From Candidatus Hecatella orcuttiae (lineage in GTDB: Archaea; Thermoproteota; Bathyarchaeia; Hecatellales; Hecatellaceae), in assembly GCA_002011035.2 (NCBI GenBank), contig MTLY02000003.1, positions 256,001-320,000 of the forward strand: 64,000 nt of DNA, in the 5' to 3' direction. A program made the position numbers and the translations under genes. Positions 55,995-64,000 of the stretch are shown here, in pieces (positions within the stretch are counted from its first letter, which is position 1; the number at the start of each line of letters is the position of its first letter). The notes under the pieces were generated by a model that had not been told where the DNA came from, searched no databases, and saw only the letters and a list, made by a program, of their open reading frames with translations.

Positions 55995-57164
55995 TTGAAG
56001 GAAATGGCGGAGAGAGGCAGAACCCTCACCCGGCCCCTCTACCGGGAGCTAAAGGACTACGCCGCCCAGCTGGGAATCCGGGACATGATCTACCTCAACA
56101 TAGGGGAGCCTGATTTCCCCACGCCTCTGCCCATCGTGGAAGCGGCTAAGAAGGCGATGGACGAAGGCTTCACCCACTACACCGAGGAGCGGGGAATCCT
56201 CGAGCTGAGGGAAGGCATAGCTGAAAGGCTGAAGGCTGAAAAAGGATTGGACATAGACCCCAAAGAAGGCATCCTCATAACCAACGGAAGCTCCGACGCC
56301 ATTTTCCTCACCATCCTAAGCCTCGTAGACCCCGGGGACGAAGTAGTTCTCCCCGAACCCTACTACCCGCCCTTCCTCTCAGCCATCAAGCTGGCCTCCG
56401 GAAAGCCAGTGACGCTTCCCCTGAACAGAGACACCCTCACCCTCGAGCCTGACCAGGTGGCAGCCGCGGTGGGGGCGAAGACCAAGCTCATGGTGGTCAA
56501 CAGCCCCTGCAACCCCACGGGCATGGTCTACGGGAAAGACGTCCTCAAAGCTGTGGCGGAGCTGGCTGTGGACCACGATTTTTATGTGGTCTCCGACGAG
56601 GTCTACGACAGGTTCGTCTACGACGGAGCGGAAAGCCTCAGCATAGCCGCCTTCCCGGGGATGACGGAGCGAACCCTCATCCTCAACAGCTTCTCCAAAA
56701 CCTACGCCATGACCGGGTGGAGGATAGGCTACGTGGCCGGAGACGGGCAGAGGGTCTCCCGAATCCTCCGGGTGAAGGGCGCGGGAAACGTCTGCCCCAA
56801 CTCCATAGCCCAGAAGGCAGCCGTGGCCGCGTTGAGGGAGGGAGAACCCTACGTGGCTCGGATGCTGAAGGAATACGCGGAGCGAAGACAGCTGGTCTGG
56901 GAAGCCCTACAGCGGCTGCCTGCCTTCCGATGCCCCAAACCCCAAGGCGCCTTCTACTTGCTCCCCGATGTCTCCGCTGTCGAAAAGGACTCCCTCAAGT
57001 TTGCGAAATACCTCATCAAGGAAGCCCACGTGGTGGTGGGTCCGGGGGTAGCCTTCGGCCCCAGCGGAGAAGGCCGCATCAGAATCTCCTACTCAGCCTC
57101 CAAGGAAAACCTAACCCAAGCCTTTGAGAGGCTCAGGCAGGCTGTGGAAAACTACGGAGGCTGA
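55995..57164 (+). CDS. Class I/II PLP-dependent aminotransferase (AspC-like)
   Basis: GEPDFPTP, NSPCNPTG, SDEVY, SFSKTYAMTGWRIG. Confidence 0.92.
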   Translation: MKEMAERGRTLTRPLYRELKDYAAQLGIRDMIYLNIGEPDFPTPLPIVEAAKKAMDEGFTHYTEERGILELREGIAERLKAEKGLDIDPKEGILITNGSSDAIFLTILSLVDPGDEVVLPEPYYPPFLSAIKLASGKPVTLPLNRDTLTLEPDQVAAAVGAKTKLMVVNSPCNPTGMVYGKDVLKAVAELAVDHDFYVVSDEVYDRFVYDGAESLSIAAFPGMTERTLILNSFSKTYAMTGWRIGYVAGDGQRVSRILRVKGAGNVCPNSIAQKAAVAALREGEPYVARMLKEYAERRQLVWEALQRLPAFRCPKPQGAFYLLPDVSAVEKDSLKFAKYLIKEAHVVVGPGVAFGPSGEGRIRISYSASKENLTQAFERLRQAVENYGG

Positions 57165-57192
57165 ACCTCCACCCTTCCAAGGGGGGCGCTGT

Positions 57193-57777
57193 TTGAAGCT
57201 ATTGGTCCTCAACAATAAGAGTGAAACCTTGGAGCAGCTTTTAGGCTTTCTCGAAGACCGCGGCCTCTCCTACCATGTCAAAACCCCCATGGAGCCCCTC
57301 AGCCTTCAAAACTACCAAGGCGTCATCATCTCCGGAGGAGTCCTCCCGGGCGGCCGGTACAGGGAGATGTTAGAATGGTACAGGCGGCTTCTGAACTCCA
57401 CACTTCTCCCCACCTTGGCCATCTGCCTCGGGCTGAGGATTCTCGGCTACTGCTACGGCTCCAGGATGAGGAGGCTGGAGAAGGCGGAAAAGGGAGTGGT
57501 AACCCTCCGCTTTTTCCGAGAGTTCCCCCTAACCCCCGGGAGAAAGGAGCTGACAGTCTACGAGGACCACGACTATGAGCTTCTCTCCCTCCTCGAGCCT
57601 CTGGAAAACCACGCCAGCTCCCCCACCTCCAAGATTCAAGCTGTGAAACACAAGGCCAAACCTCTCTTCGGAGTTCAGTTTCACCCCGAGGTGGCAGCTG
57701 GAAACGAAGGCTCCATTGTTCTAGAAAACTTTGTAAAACTGTGCTCTGAAAGGCAACCCAGCCCCGGTGGCTCCTGA
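57193..57777 (+). CDS. Type 1 glutamine amidotransferase (GuaA subunit A-like)
   Basis: IISGG, LAICLG, GVQFHPE. Confidence 0.85.
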   Translation: MKLLVLNNKSETLEQLLGFLEDRGLSYHVKTPMEPLSLQNYQGVIISGGVLPGGRYREMLEWYRRLLNSTLLPTLAICLGLRILGYCYGSRMRRLEKAEKGVVTLRFFREFPLTPGRKELTVYEDHDYELLSLLEPLENHASSPTSKIQAVKHKAKPLFGVQFHPEVAAGNEGSIVLENFVKLCSERQPSPGGS

Positions 57778-57841
57778 GGCAAGTGAAGCCGGTATCTTCA
57801 TGTCCCCTGAACAAGCTTAGAAAATAGGGGAGGCAGCGGAA

Positions 57842-58627
57842 CTGGGCGAGGAAATCCGAGAAGGCGACGACGTGGTCCTATACTTGGATGGGAGAAGAAG
57901 GTACCTAACTCGGGTTAAGAGAGGCAGCACCCTCCACACCCACAAAGGCTACTTGGCCCACGACGACCTGATAGGCAAGGCCTTCGGCTCCCCCATCCAG
58001 AGCAGCCTAGGAGCCCGGTTCGTAGCCCTTAAGCCCACCCTCAGGGACTACCTCCGGAAGCTGGCAAGGAGAACGCAGGTCATGTACCCCAAGGACATGG
58101 CCCTCCTCCTGGTCTACGCCAACATAGGCCCAGGGGCCAGGGTTGTGGAAGCCGGCACGGGCAGCGGAGCCTTAACCAGCCTTCTAGCCTTCTACGTCAA
58201 GCCGGAGGGCAGAGTTTACAGCTACGAAACCCACGGCGAGTTCCTTGAAACTGCGCGGAGAAACTTGGAGAGAACAGGCCTCCTGGAGTTTGTCACCCTC
58301 AAGGAGGGGGATGTCACCCAAGGCATCGAGGAAACCCAGGTAGACGCTGTGGTGTTAGACCTAGCCACCCCCTGGCTGGTGGTCCCCTACGCCTTCAAGG
58401 CTTTGAAACCCAGCGGAGCCTTCGCCTCCTTCAGCCCCACCATTGAGCAAGTGGTGAAAACCGTGGAAGTCTTGAACCACCATGGATTCGTGGACTTGGA
58501 AACGGTGGAGTGCATGACCCGGAGGTATCAGGTGGAAAGGGGGAGAACACGGCCTGAAACCTTAGCCGTAGCCCACACAGGCTATCTGACCTTCGGCCGA
58601 AAAGCCGTCTCACAACATGGGGAGTAA
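57842..58627 (+). CDS. trmI: tRNA (adenine-N1)-methyltransferase (probable CTG start)
   Basis: HTHKG, RRTQVMYPKD, EAGTGSGALT, LDLATPW, FSPTIEQV, HTGYL. Confidence 0.92.
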   Translation: MGEEIREGDDVVLYLDGRRRYLTRVKRGSTLHTHKGYLAHDDLIGKAFGSPIQSSLGARFVALKPTLRDYLRKLARRTQVMYPKDMALLLVYANIGPGARVVEAGTGSGALTSLLAFYVKPEGRVYSYETHGEFLETARRNLERTGLLEFVTLKEGDVTQGIEETQVDAVVLDLATPWLVVPYAFKALKPSGAFASFSPTIEQVVKTVEVLNHHGFVDLETVECMTRRYQVERGRTRPETLAVAHTGYLTFGRKAVSQHGE

Positions 58628-58650
58628 ACCAAGCCTTCCCTGAGAAAGTT

Positions 58651-59334
58651 TCAGAGGTGCAGACCGCATTCTTTTTTGTCCCTACCCCTCCACCTCCCAG
58701 CCCGAGGGTCTTCGCCGGGAGCCACGGGTGTGGTGCACAGGGTGCAGCCGATGCTGGGGTAGTTTCGGTCGTGGAGAGGGTTGTAAGGAACATGGTTTTC
58801 GGTGATGTATTTCCAAACATCCTTGAAAGTCCAGTGGACGAGGGGGTTCACCTTCACCAAGCCGAATTTTCTATCCCTTTCCACCACGGCTGCGCTGGCT
58901 CGGGTGGGCGACTGCTCCCGCCTTATCCCCGTCACCCAAGCTTCCAGCCCCGCCAGCGCCTTCTTCAGCGGTTCAACTTTCCTGATCTGGCAGCACAAGT
59001 CCGGGTTCCGCTGGTAGAGGTTTTCACCGTAGAGCTCCCTCTGCCTCTCGAGGGTGAGCTCGGGGGCGTATCGTTCAGGTTTGATGCCGTATTTTTCCGC
59101 AGCCTTCTCTATCAGTTCGTAGGTTTCCTTGAAGAGGAGGCCTGTGTCGATGTAGAAAACCCTCATCCGGGGGGTCATCTTGGAGATCATGTCCAACAGG
59201 ACCATGTCCTCGGCTCCGAAACTGCAGGCGAAGGCTATGGTCGGATAAAACCTGTCCAACGCCCACCGGAGAGTCTGCTGGGGAGGCTGACCTTCAAACT
59301 TTCTGCGCAGTTCCTCCAACTCCTCATCCTTCAT
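58651..59334 (-). CDS. cysH: APS/PAPS reductase
   Basis: SFGAED, DTG, CCQIRKVEPL, TGIRREQS, YPSIGCTLCT, RAGRW, ECGLH. Confidence 0.92.
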   Translation of the reverse strand: MKDEELEELRRKFEGQPPQQTLRWALDRFYPTIAFACSFGAEDMVLLDMISKMTPRMRVFYIDTGLLFKETYELIEKAAEKYGIKPERYAPELTLERQRELYGENLYQRNPDLCCQIRKVEPLKKALAGLEAWVTGIRREQSPTRASAAVVERDRKFGLVKVNPLVHWTFKDVWKYITENHVPYNPLHDRNYPSIGCTLCTTPVAPGEDPRAGRWRGRDKKECGLHL

Positions 59335-59379
59335 CTTCCCCGCCTCTTTTCCACCGGATATCTTCAACAGTTTCCCCTC

Positions 59380-60480
59380 CTAGCTTTCTTTTAAAGGCAG
59401 CCCATCCGCCGGCTGGGCTGGGCTGATGACCAGAGACCTGAGCCTCCGGGGCACAGGACGTCCCCTCTGGGCGAGGAGTCCGAAGACCATCAGCCCTATG
59501 ATAGTGCACACGAGGAGTGTCATCTCCCCCAAGGTGAACGCAACAGCGCTAAGCCTCAGCAGTTCGATTACCCTGCCTGTGAGGACGTAGCCCAGCCTTA
59601 GGGCGGCGCCGATGATAGCCAAAAGTATGGAGTAAGCAAGGATCAATCGGATGGAAGGGCCCCGCACATACCGTGTCGCCTGAGCTCCGATCTGCGCCCC
59701 CACCGCCGCGCCCACCAGCATGATGACGGCGGCGGTGAGGTCGACGTTGCCGCTCATGGCATGCCTCAGGCTGCCGAAACCTCCGGACAGGCTCATGATG
59801 AAAAGGTCTGTGCCCACAGCCATGAAGGTGGAGCAGCCGAGGCCGTAGGCGAGAGCCGGGGTCCTCAGAAATCCTCCGCCCACACCGAAGAACCCGGAAA
59901 GGGTTCCGGTGGCAAAGCCCAGGAAGAGGACCACCCAGAAGGAGGCGGAAACCTTCGCAGCCTTAAAAGACACCATAGGCCGCCATTCCAGGGAACGGAT
60001 TCGCTTGGAAAGGCCGGAGGCGTAAACTTCCGAGGGGAGGGGTTTTCCTTCGTCGTACCATTTGTCCAGAAGTTTGATGGATTTACGGCTTTCCCACGCC
60101 ATGAACGACCCGATGCCCACCAGCATGGCCAAGGAGGCGCCCAGCACAGCCACATCTGACAGGCCAGTTCCCTTCAGGTGGTTCAAAATCCGAACACCCA
60201 ACTCGATGCCTAGGAGGGTGCCCGCCACCGTCAGGAGGCCCAGTTTCACGTCCACGTTGCCCAAGTGCCAATGTCTGATGCTGGAGATGACGGATTTTCC
60301 GAAGATGTGGGTGATGTCCGTGCCCACGGCCAGATGCCCGGGGAAGCCGAAGACGATGAGGGCGGGAGTCACCATGTAGCCGCCTCCTATGCCTATGAAG
60401 CCTCCGACCACGCCCACCGTGAAGCCTATGAAAACCAGTAGAATAGGGGAAACTTCAACCCCGGAGGCAGCTGGCAGCAC
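59380..60480 (-). CDS. Sulfite exporter TauE/SafE family
   Basis: Duplicated GFIGIGGG / GFFGVGGG..AVGTD halves. Confidence 0.88.
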   Translation of the reverse strand: MLPAASGVEVSPILLVFIGFTVGVVGGFIGIGGGYMVTPALIVFGFPGHLAVGTDITHIFGKSVISSIRHWHLGNVDVKLGLLTVAGTLLGIELGVRILNHLKGTGLSDVAVLGASLAMLVGIGSFMAWESRKSIKLLDKWYDEGKPLPSEVYASGLSKRIRSLEWRPMVSFKAAKVSASFWVVLFLGFATGTLSGFFGVGGGFLRTPALAYGLGCSTFMAVGTDLFIMSLSGGFGSLRHAMSGNVDLTAAVIMLVGAAVGAQIGAQATRYVRGPSIRLILAYSILLAIIGAALRLGYVLTGRVIELLRLSAVAFTLGEMTLLVCTIIGLMVFGLLAQRGRPVPRRLRSLVISPAQPADGLPLKES

Positions 60481-60493
60481 CCTACATCAGCCC

Positions 60494-60718
60494 TTAGGAA
60501 AGCGCAGACTTATCCTTCCCCTTCTCGAAACGGAAGGCTTCGGTGAACTTCTGTCCTGCCATGCCTAAGGAAAAGCCAAGTATAAGCATTATGGTTATTA
60601 CGAAGACGGCGGAAAGAGGAGCGCCGCCCTGAAAAACACCGGCGGAATCGTGGAAGAAAGAGGTGTTGATAACAGCGTGTAAAACTAGAAGGGAAACAGC
60701 TCCCCAAAGAACCAGCAT
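60494..60718 (-). CDS. Small two-TM membrane protein
   Basis: Two hydrophobic segments; directly upstream of the TauE gene. Confidence 0.55.
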   Translation of the reverse strand: MLVLWGAVSLLVLHAVINTSFFHDSAGVFQGGAPLSAVFVITIMLILGFSLGMAGQKFTEAFRFEKGKDKSALS

Positions 60719-60854
60719 AAGGAATGCTTTCCCGTTAACAGTAAACCTTCTTTCAGAGGTCCCGGCAAACTAAATCCCTTCTCATGGTCCCTGCCCTCGA
60801 AGGATGGTGTAAATTATAACATTGTTATATTTAAATTTTAAACCAAAAAACCGC

Positions 60855-62126
60855 CTAAGCCTTATATCTAAGTAGGGCGGCGACGCCTCCGAAGGATTTC
60901 AGCAACATCTCTCCCTCCTCGTGGGAAGTCGAAATCATCTCAACCTCCCCATTGGACTTTTCCGCCAGCTCAGTTAAGGCGTCGATGAGGTCTGTTTTCT
61001 CCCCCAGTTGAAGGGCGGCGACGCCGCATCGGGGGCAGGGTTTCTTGGAGGTTTCAGCCTCTAGGCTGAGCAGCTCCCCCTCTTTGACAGTTCGCTGCTC
61101 GGAGAAGCCGCAGGCGGAGCACTTCACGGTGACGGCGAGGAGGTCTAATTCTTCCGAAAGCAGCAGAACCCTGACCGAGCCGGCTTCCAGATGTTTCCGA
61201 ACCTCCTCCACACCGTAGACGGCTAAGCCTGAGTCTCGGCCCAGCTCTCCGAGGAACTGCTGGACGAGCTCCCTCTCCTGCACATATCGGACGTTCTTCA
61301 GGATTTCAGGGGCCTTGGCCATGACTTCCTTGACCCCCTGCTCATCCACGTAGGCCGTGTCCACCACAGCCAAGACCTTGTCCTGAAGCGTGTAGTGGAG
61401 GTATCTGCCTTCGACGAAATCCTGCTTGGTGGGACCGGGGCCTCCTATGATGATACCCTTCAAGTCAGGGATGTCCGAGAAAATCTGAGCAGCATAGCTG
61501 GCCGCCCTCTTGAAGTACTCGTTGATCTCCACTTCCCTAAGCCTTTCAAACCTTCGAGCCGACTGGCCGCCGGCCCGGTGTTTGCCGGCAATGCCTGAAC
61601 TGATGGACTTGACAATTTCCAGCCGCTTACCCCTGAGGATGGCGTAGGTGGCGCCGCTTCCGTCGATGACCATTATCCCGTAGGTAGCCTTCTCTTTGAG
61701 GATGTCGAAGAGAGGTTCTAGGTGGAAACGGGAGTCGCAGCGGTAAAGGTAAACGCCGATGGGTTCCGGGGGAACCAAGACGTAGAGCTCCATTTTCTCT
61801 GAGCCCGGGGGCCCCTGGGCTACGGCTCCGCAGAAAAGCGCCAGCCCGGTGGGTGGCACTTGGTCTATGAGCTTCAGCCTCTGAATGGCTTTCTCAATGG
61901 CGGACTGGACATTGTGGCGGGTGGTCCGAGATTTAATATTGGAGGCGGTTCCGTACTCCTCCCGCAGGTTGGCTATGACATCGCTGACCTGGCGGCCTGG
62001 GGGAATGTAGAGGGTGATAAGCTCGGTGTGGCGGCCTTCCTTGGAGGCCAAGTCCTCCAGCAGCCTCTTGGCTTTGAAAACGCCCACGGACCGGCTTTGT
62101 TTACCTGTATTCTCCATCCTAGTCAT
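60855..62126 (-). CDS. prf1: Peptide chain release factor aRF1
   Basis: TASNIKS, YRCDSRF, AGGQSARRF. Confidence 0.96.
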   Translation of the reverse strand: MTRMENTGKQSRSVGVFKAKRLLEDLASKEGRHTELITLYIPPGRQVSDVIANLREEYGTASNIKSRTTRHNVQSAIEKAIQRLKLIDQVPPTGLALFCGAVAQGPPGSEKMELYVLVPPEPIGVYLYRCDSRFHLEPLFDILKEKATYGIMVIDGSGATYAILRGKRLEIVKSISSGIAGKHRAGGQSARRFERLREVEINEYFKRAASYAAQIFSDIPDLKGIIIGGPGPTKQDFVEGRYLHYTLQDKVLAVVDTAYVDEQGVKEVMAKAPEILKNVRYVQERELVQQFLGELGRDSGLAVYGVEEVRKHLEAGSVRVLLLSEELDLLAVTVKCSACGFSEQRTVKEGELLSLEAETSKKPCPRCGVAALQLGEKTDLIDALTELAEKSNGEVEMISTSHEEGEMLLKSFGGVAALLRYKA

Positions 62127-62337
62127 AGGAAAACCGCTTCCCAGAAAACACGCCCTTAACGCTCGGCTTTTGGAAAAGTTTCCGTCGGCTGATTTCCTGA
62201 CAGGTTATTCCCTAACTCATAGCCCGGTGAACACCAGCAGTCCATAATGCGGCTTCATGGGTTTTAAGGTTTATGGGCCGGGAAGCGGAAATTTCTTATT
62301 CTAAAGGCTTCTAGTTTACTAAGCGAAGGGACAGCCT

Positions 62338-63018
62338 TTGAAACTGGTCATCAAACTGGGCGGCTTTCTTTTCCCCCAGAAACCCAGCTCTCGCAGGCTG
62401 AGGGAATACGCTGGAGTTTTAAAGAGGCTGGCTGACGAAGGACATCGCCTCCTCGCCGTCACCGGAGGCGGAGGGCTGGCGAGGAGCTACATCAACCTAG
62501 CCCGGAAGCTGGGAGCTGATGAAGGAACCTGCGACCAGCTGGGCATCGAAGCCTCCCGGATGAACGCTCGCCTGCTGGCCTTGGCCCTCGACGACTACGC
62601 TTTTCCCGAAACCCCCACCACTCTAGGGGAGCTGAAAAAGTTTTTCCAAGGGGGGAAAATCGTGGTCATGGGCGGCTTGACACCCGGCCACTCCACCATG
62701 GCTGTGGGGGCTTTGGCGGCGGAGGCTGTGAAGGCGGACTGCTACATCATCGCCAGCGACGTGGACGGAATCTACACCGCGGACCCTAAGGTGGATGAGG
62801 AGGCTGAAAAACTGGAGGAAGCCTCCACCGCCCAGCTGCTGGAGATGGCGATGAAGAAAAGACTGTGGGCAGGATCCTACCAGCTGGACCCTTTGGCCTT
62901 GAAGGTTTTAGACCGTTCGAGGATACCCGCCTACTTCATCGACGGAAGGAAAACTGAAAACCTAGTCAAGGCGGTGATGGGGCTGAAGGTGGGCACCCGT
63001 ATCTCCGCCTCCCGGTGA
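62338..63018 (+). CDS. pyrH: UMP kinase
   Basis: VIKLGG, TGGGGLARSYI, DQLGI, GGLTPGHST, DVDGIYTADP. Confidence 0.92.
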   Translation: MKLVIKLGGFLFPQKPSSRRLREYAGVLKRLADEGHRLLAVTGGGGLARSYINLARKLGADEGTCDQLGIEASRMNARLLALALDDYAFPETPTTLGELKKFFQGGKIVVMGGLTPGHSTMAVGALAAEAVKADCYIIASDVDGIYTADPKVDEEAEKLEEASTAQLLEMAMKKRLWAGSYQLDPLALKVLDRSRIPAYFIDGRKTENLVKAVMGLKVGTRISASR

Positions 63019-63090
63019 AAGGGCGGGCTGGAGAGGCTTCCATTTAAATATAGGTCGGTTTTCAGAATAAACCCAAGAGGGGCTGCGGGG

Positions 63091-63360
63091 TTGCTGGAGA
63101 GGATTTTCGGCAGCAAGACGCAGACGAGGTTGTTGGAGTATTTTCTGGCGAACCCCAACAAGGTCTTCAACCAAGCTGGGCTTTCCCGTTTTCTGAACTG
63201 CTCTCCTTCTTCGGTGGCAAGGCTCATCCAGCCTTTGGTGAGGGAAGGAATCCTCGCCTACGAGCAGATCTCCGGGCAGATGAAGGTCCTAGCCCTCAAC
63301 ACCGAGTCGGAGAAAGTGAAGCTCCTGCTGGAGTTCTACGAGAAATACAAAGCTCTTTGA
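63091..63360 (+). CDS. Winged-HTH regulator
   Basis: IFGSKTQTRLLEYF..LSRFLNCSPSSV..LVREGIL. Confidence 0.8.
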   Translation: MLERIFGSKTQTRLLEYFLANPNKVFNQAGLSRFLNCSPSSVARLIQPLVREGILAYEQISGQMKVLALNTESEKVKLLLEFYEKYKAL

Positions 63361-63379
63361 CCCGAAGGCCGCCCGGGAT

Positions 63380-63622
63380 TTAGGAAGTTTTCCTGATGAG
63401 AAAGTGAAAATCCTTACCTGTCTTCCAAACTTTCAAAAGTTCATTTTCAGTCCTTCTAGCCCAGCTTCGAACATCCTCTTCCGAGGCAGGGTCGTCGGCT
63501 ATGACCTCCAAGACTTCACCCTCAGCCATCCCTCCGACTTCCGCCGCTGTTCTGAGGACGGGCTCAGGGCATGTGAGGCCGCGGGCGTCCAGCACTTTGT
63601 CAGGTCTCGGGCTTTTTTCCAA
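63380..63622 (-). CDS. tusA: Sulfurtransferase TusA family
   Basis: LDARGLTCPEPV, LEVIADDP..DVRSW. Confidence 0.9.
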   Translation of the reverse strand: MEKSPRPDKVLDARGLTCPEPVLRTAAEVGGMAEGEVLEVIADDPASEEDVRSWARRTENELLKVWKTGKDFHFLIRKTS

Positions 63623-63782
63623 CCCACTCCTCCTCCGAGGCGGCTTATGGAGATGGGGAGTTGGAAGTTTTTGAATTTTTTGGTAACACTCCGGGCCCGA
63701 ATTAGATAGGGTTAAGTTTAAGGGTTCAACTAATTAACTGAAAGCCTAAAGGTTCGTTTGGGGGTTATAAATTCTGCTCCTC

Positions 63783-64000
63783 GTGGTCGGTGAGCCTGTA
63801 AAGCGGTGGAAGTGCGCCTACAAGGCCTGCGAGGCCCTCTGCTGCAGGATGGAAAGGGAATTAACCCTGAAGGATATAAGGGAAATCTCCAAAGCCGCCG
63901 GGAAAAAGGTGGAAGACTTCGTTCAGGTTAAACCCAACAGGAGAGGCGCTGTACCTTTCACTCTAAAAAGAAAAAGGGGCCGATGCGTCTTCCTCCAAGA
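63783..64000 (+). CDS. YkgJ-family Cys-cluster protein (partial, runs off window)
   Basis: Own translation WKCAYKACEALCC..LTLKDIREI..GRCVFL. Confidence 0.7.
   Translation, partial: MVGEPVKRWKCAYKACEALCCRMERELTLKDIREISKAAGKKVEDFVQVKPNRRGAVPFTLKRKRGRCVFLQ

Noticed and set aside
1-64000. CRISPR array, cas genes, rRNA
   Set aside because: No regularly spaced repeats, Cas motifs or rRNA signatures seen by eye

Overview
Archaeal chromosome segment. Gar1-TFB, aRF1, TrmI and BHB-type tRNA introns at non-canonical positions point to a TACK archaeon, probably Bathyarchaeia (inference). About 38 of the 64 kb is mobile DNA. Element 1 (start of window to ~25515) ends at a tRNA-Asp/Glu-like 3' fragment and has a tyrosine integrase. 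Its GC-rich backbone encodes a PCNA fused to a GINS-B-like domain, a nucleotidyltransferase pair and DUF5131. It also carries two AT-rich cargo blocks. The larger block has a complete nurA-herA-mre11-rad50 operon transcribed divergently from an HTH gene, an SNF2 helicase with an internal DnaJ J-domain (HPD) and a frameshifted type IIG restriction-modification gene; this is the best candidate here for an undescribed defence/repair system. Element 2 (42273-55098, ~12.8 kb) is flanked by 21-bp repeats of the 5' end of tRNA-Pro(UGG). It encodes an integrase, an SSAP-like protein, a solo TopoVI-A/Mini-A-like protein, a P-loop ATPase, a 1063-aa Pro/Arg-rich protein and an SSV1 B251-like ATPase, with no recognisable capsid gene. 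The host portion has selD, transporters, tfb, lysA, a KaiC/V4R pair, cysH, prf1, pyrH and tusA. It also has an unidentified ~230-nt structured RNA, a tRNA-Ser(GCU) with three introns, a CDF gene with an inverted middle segment and a perfect 32-bp palindrome. All family calls are by eye from motifs; no database searches were run.
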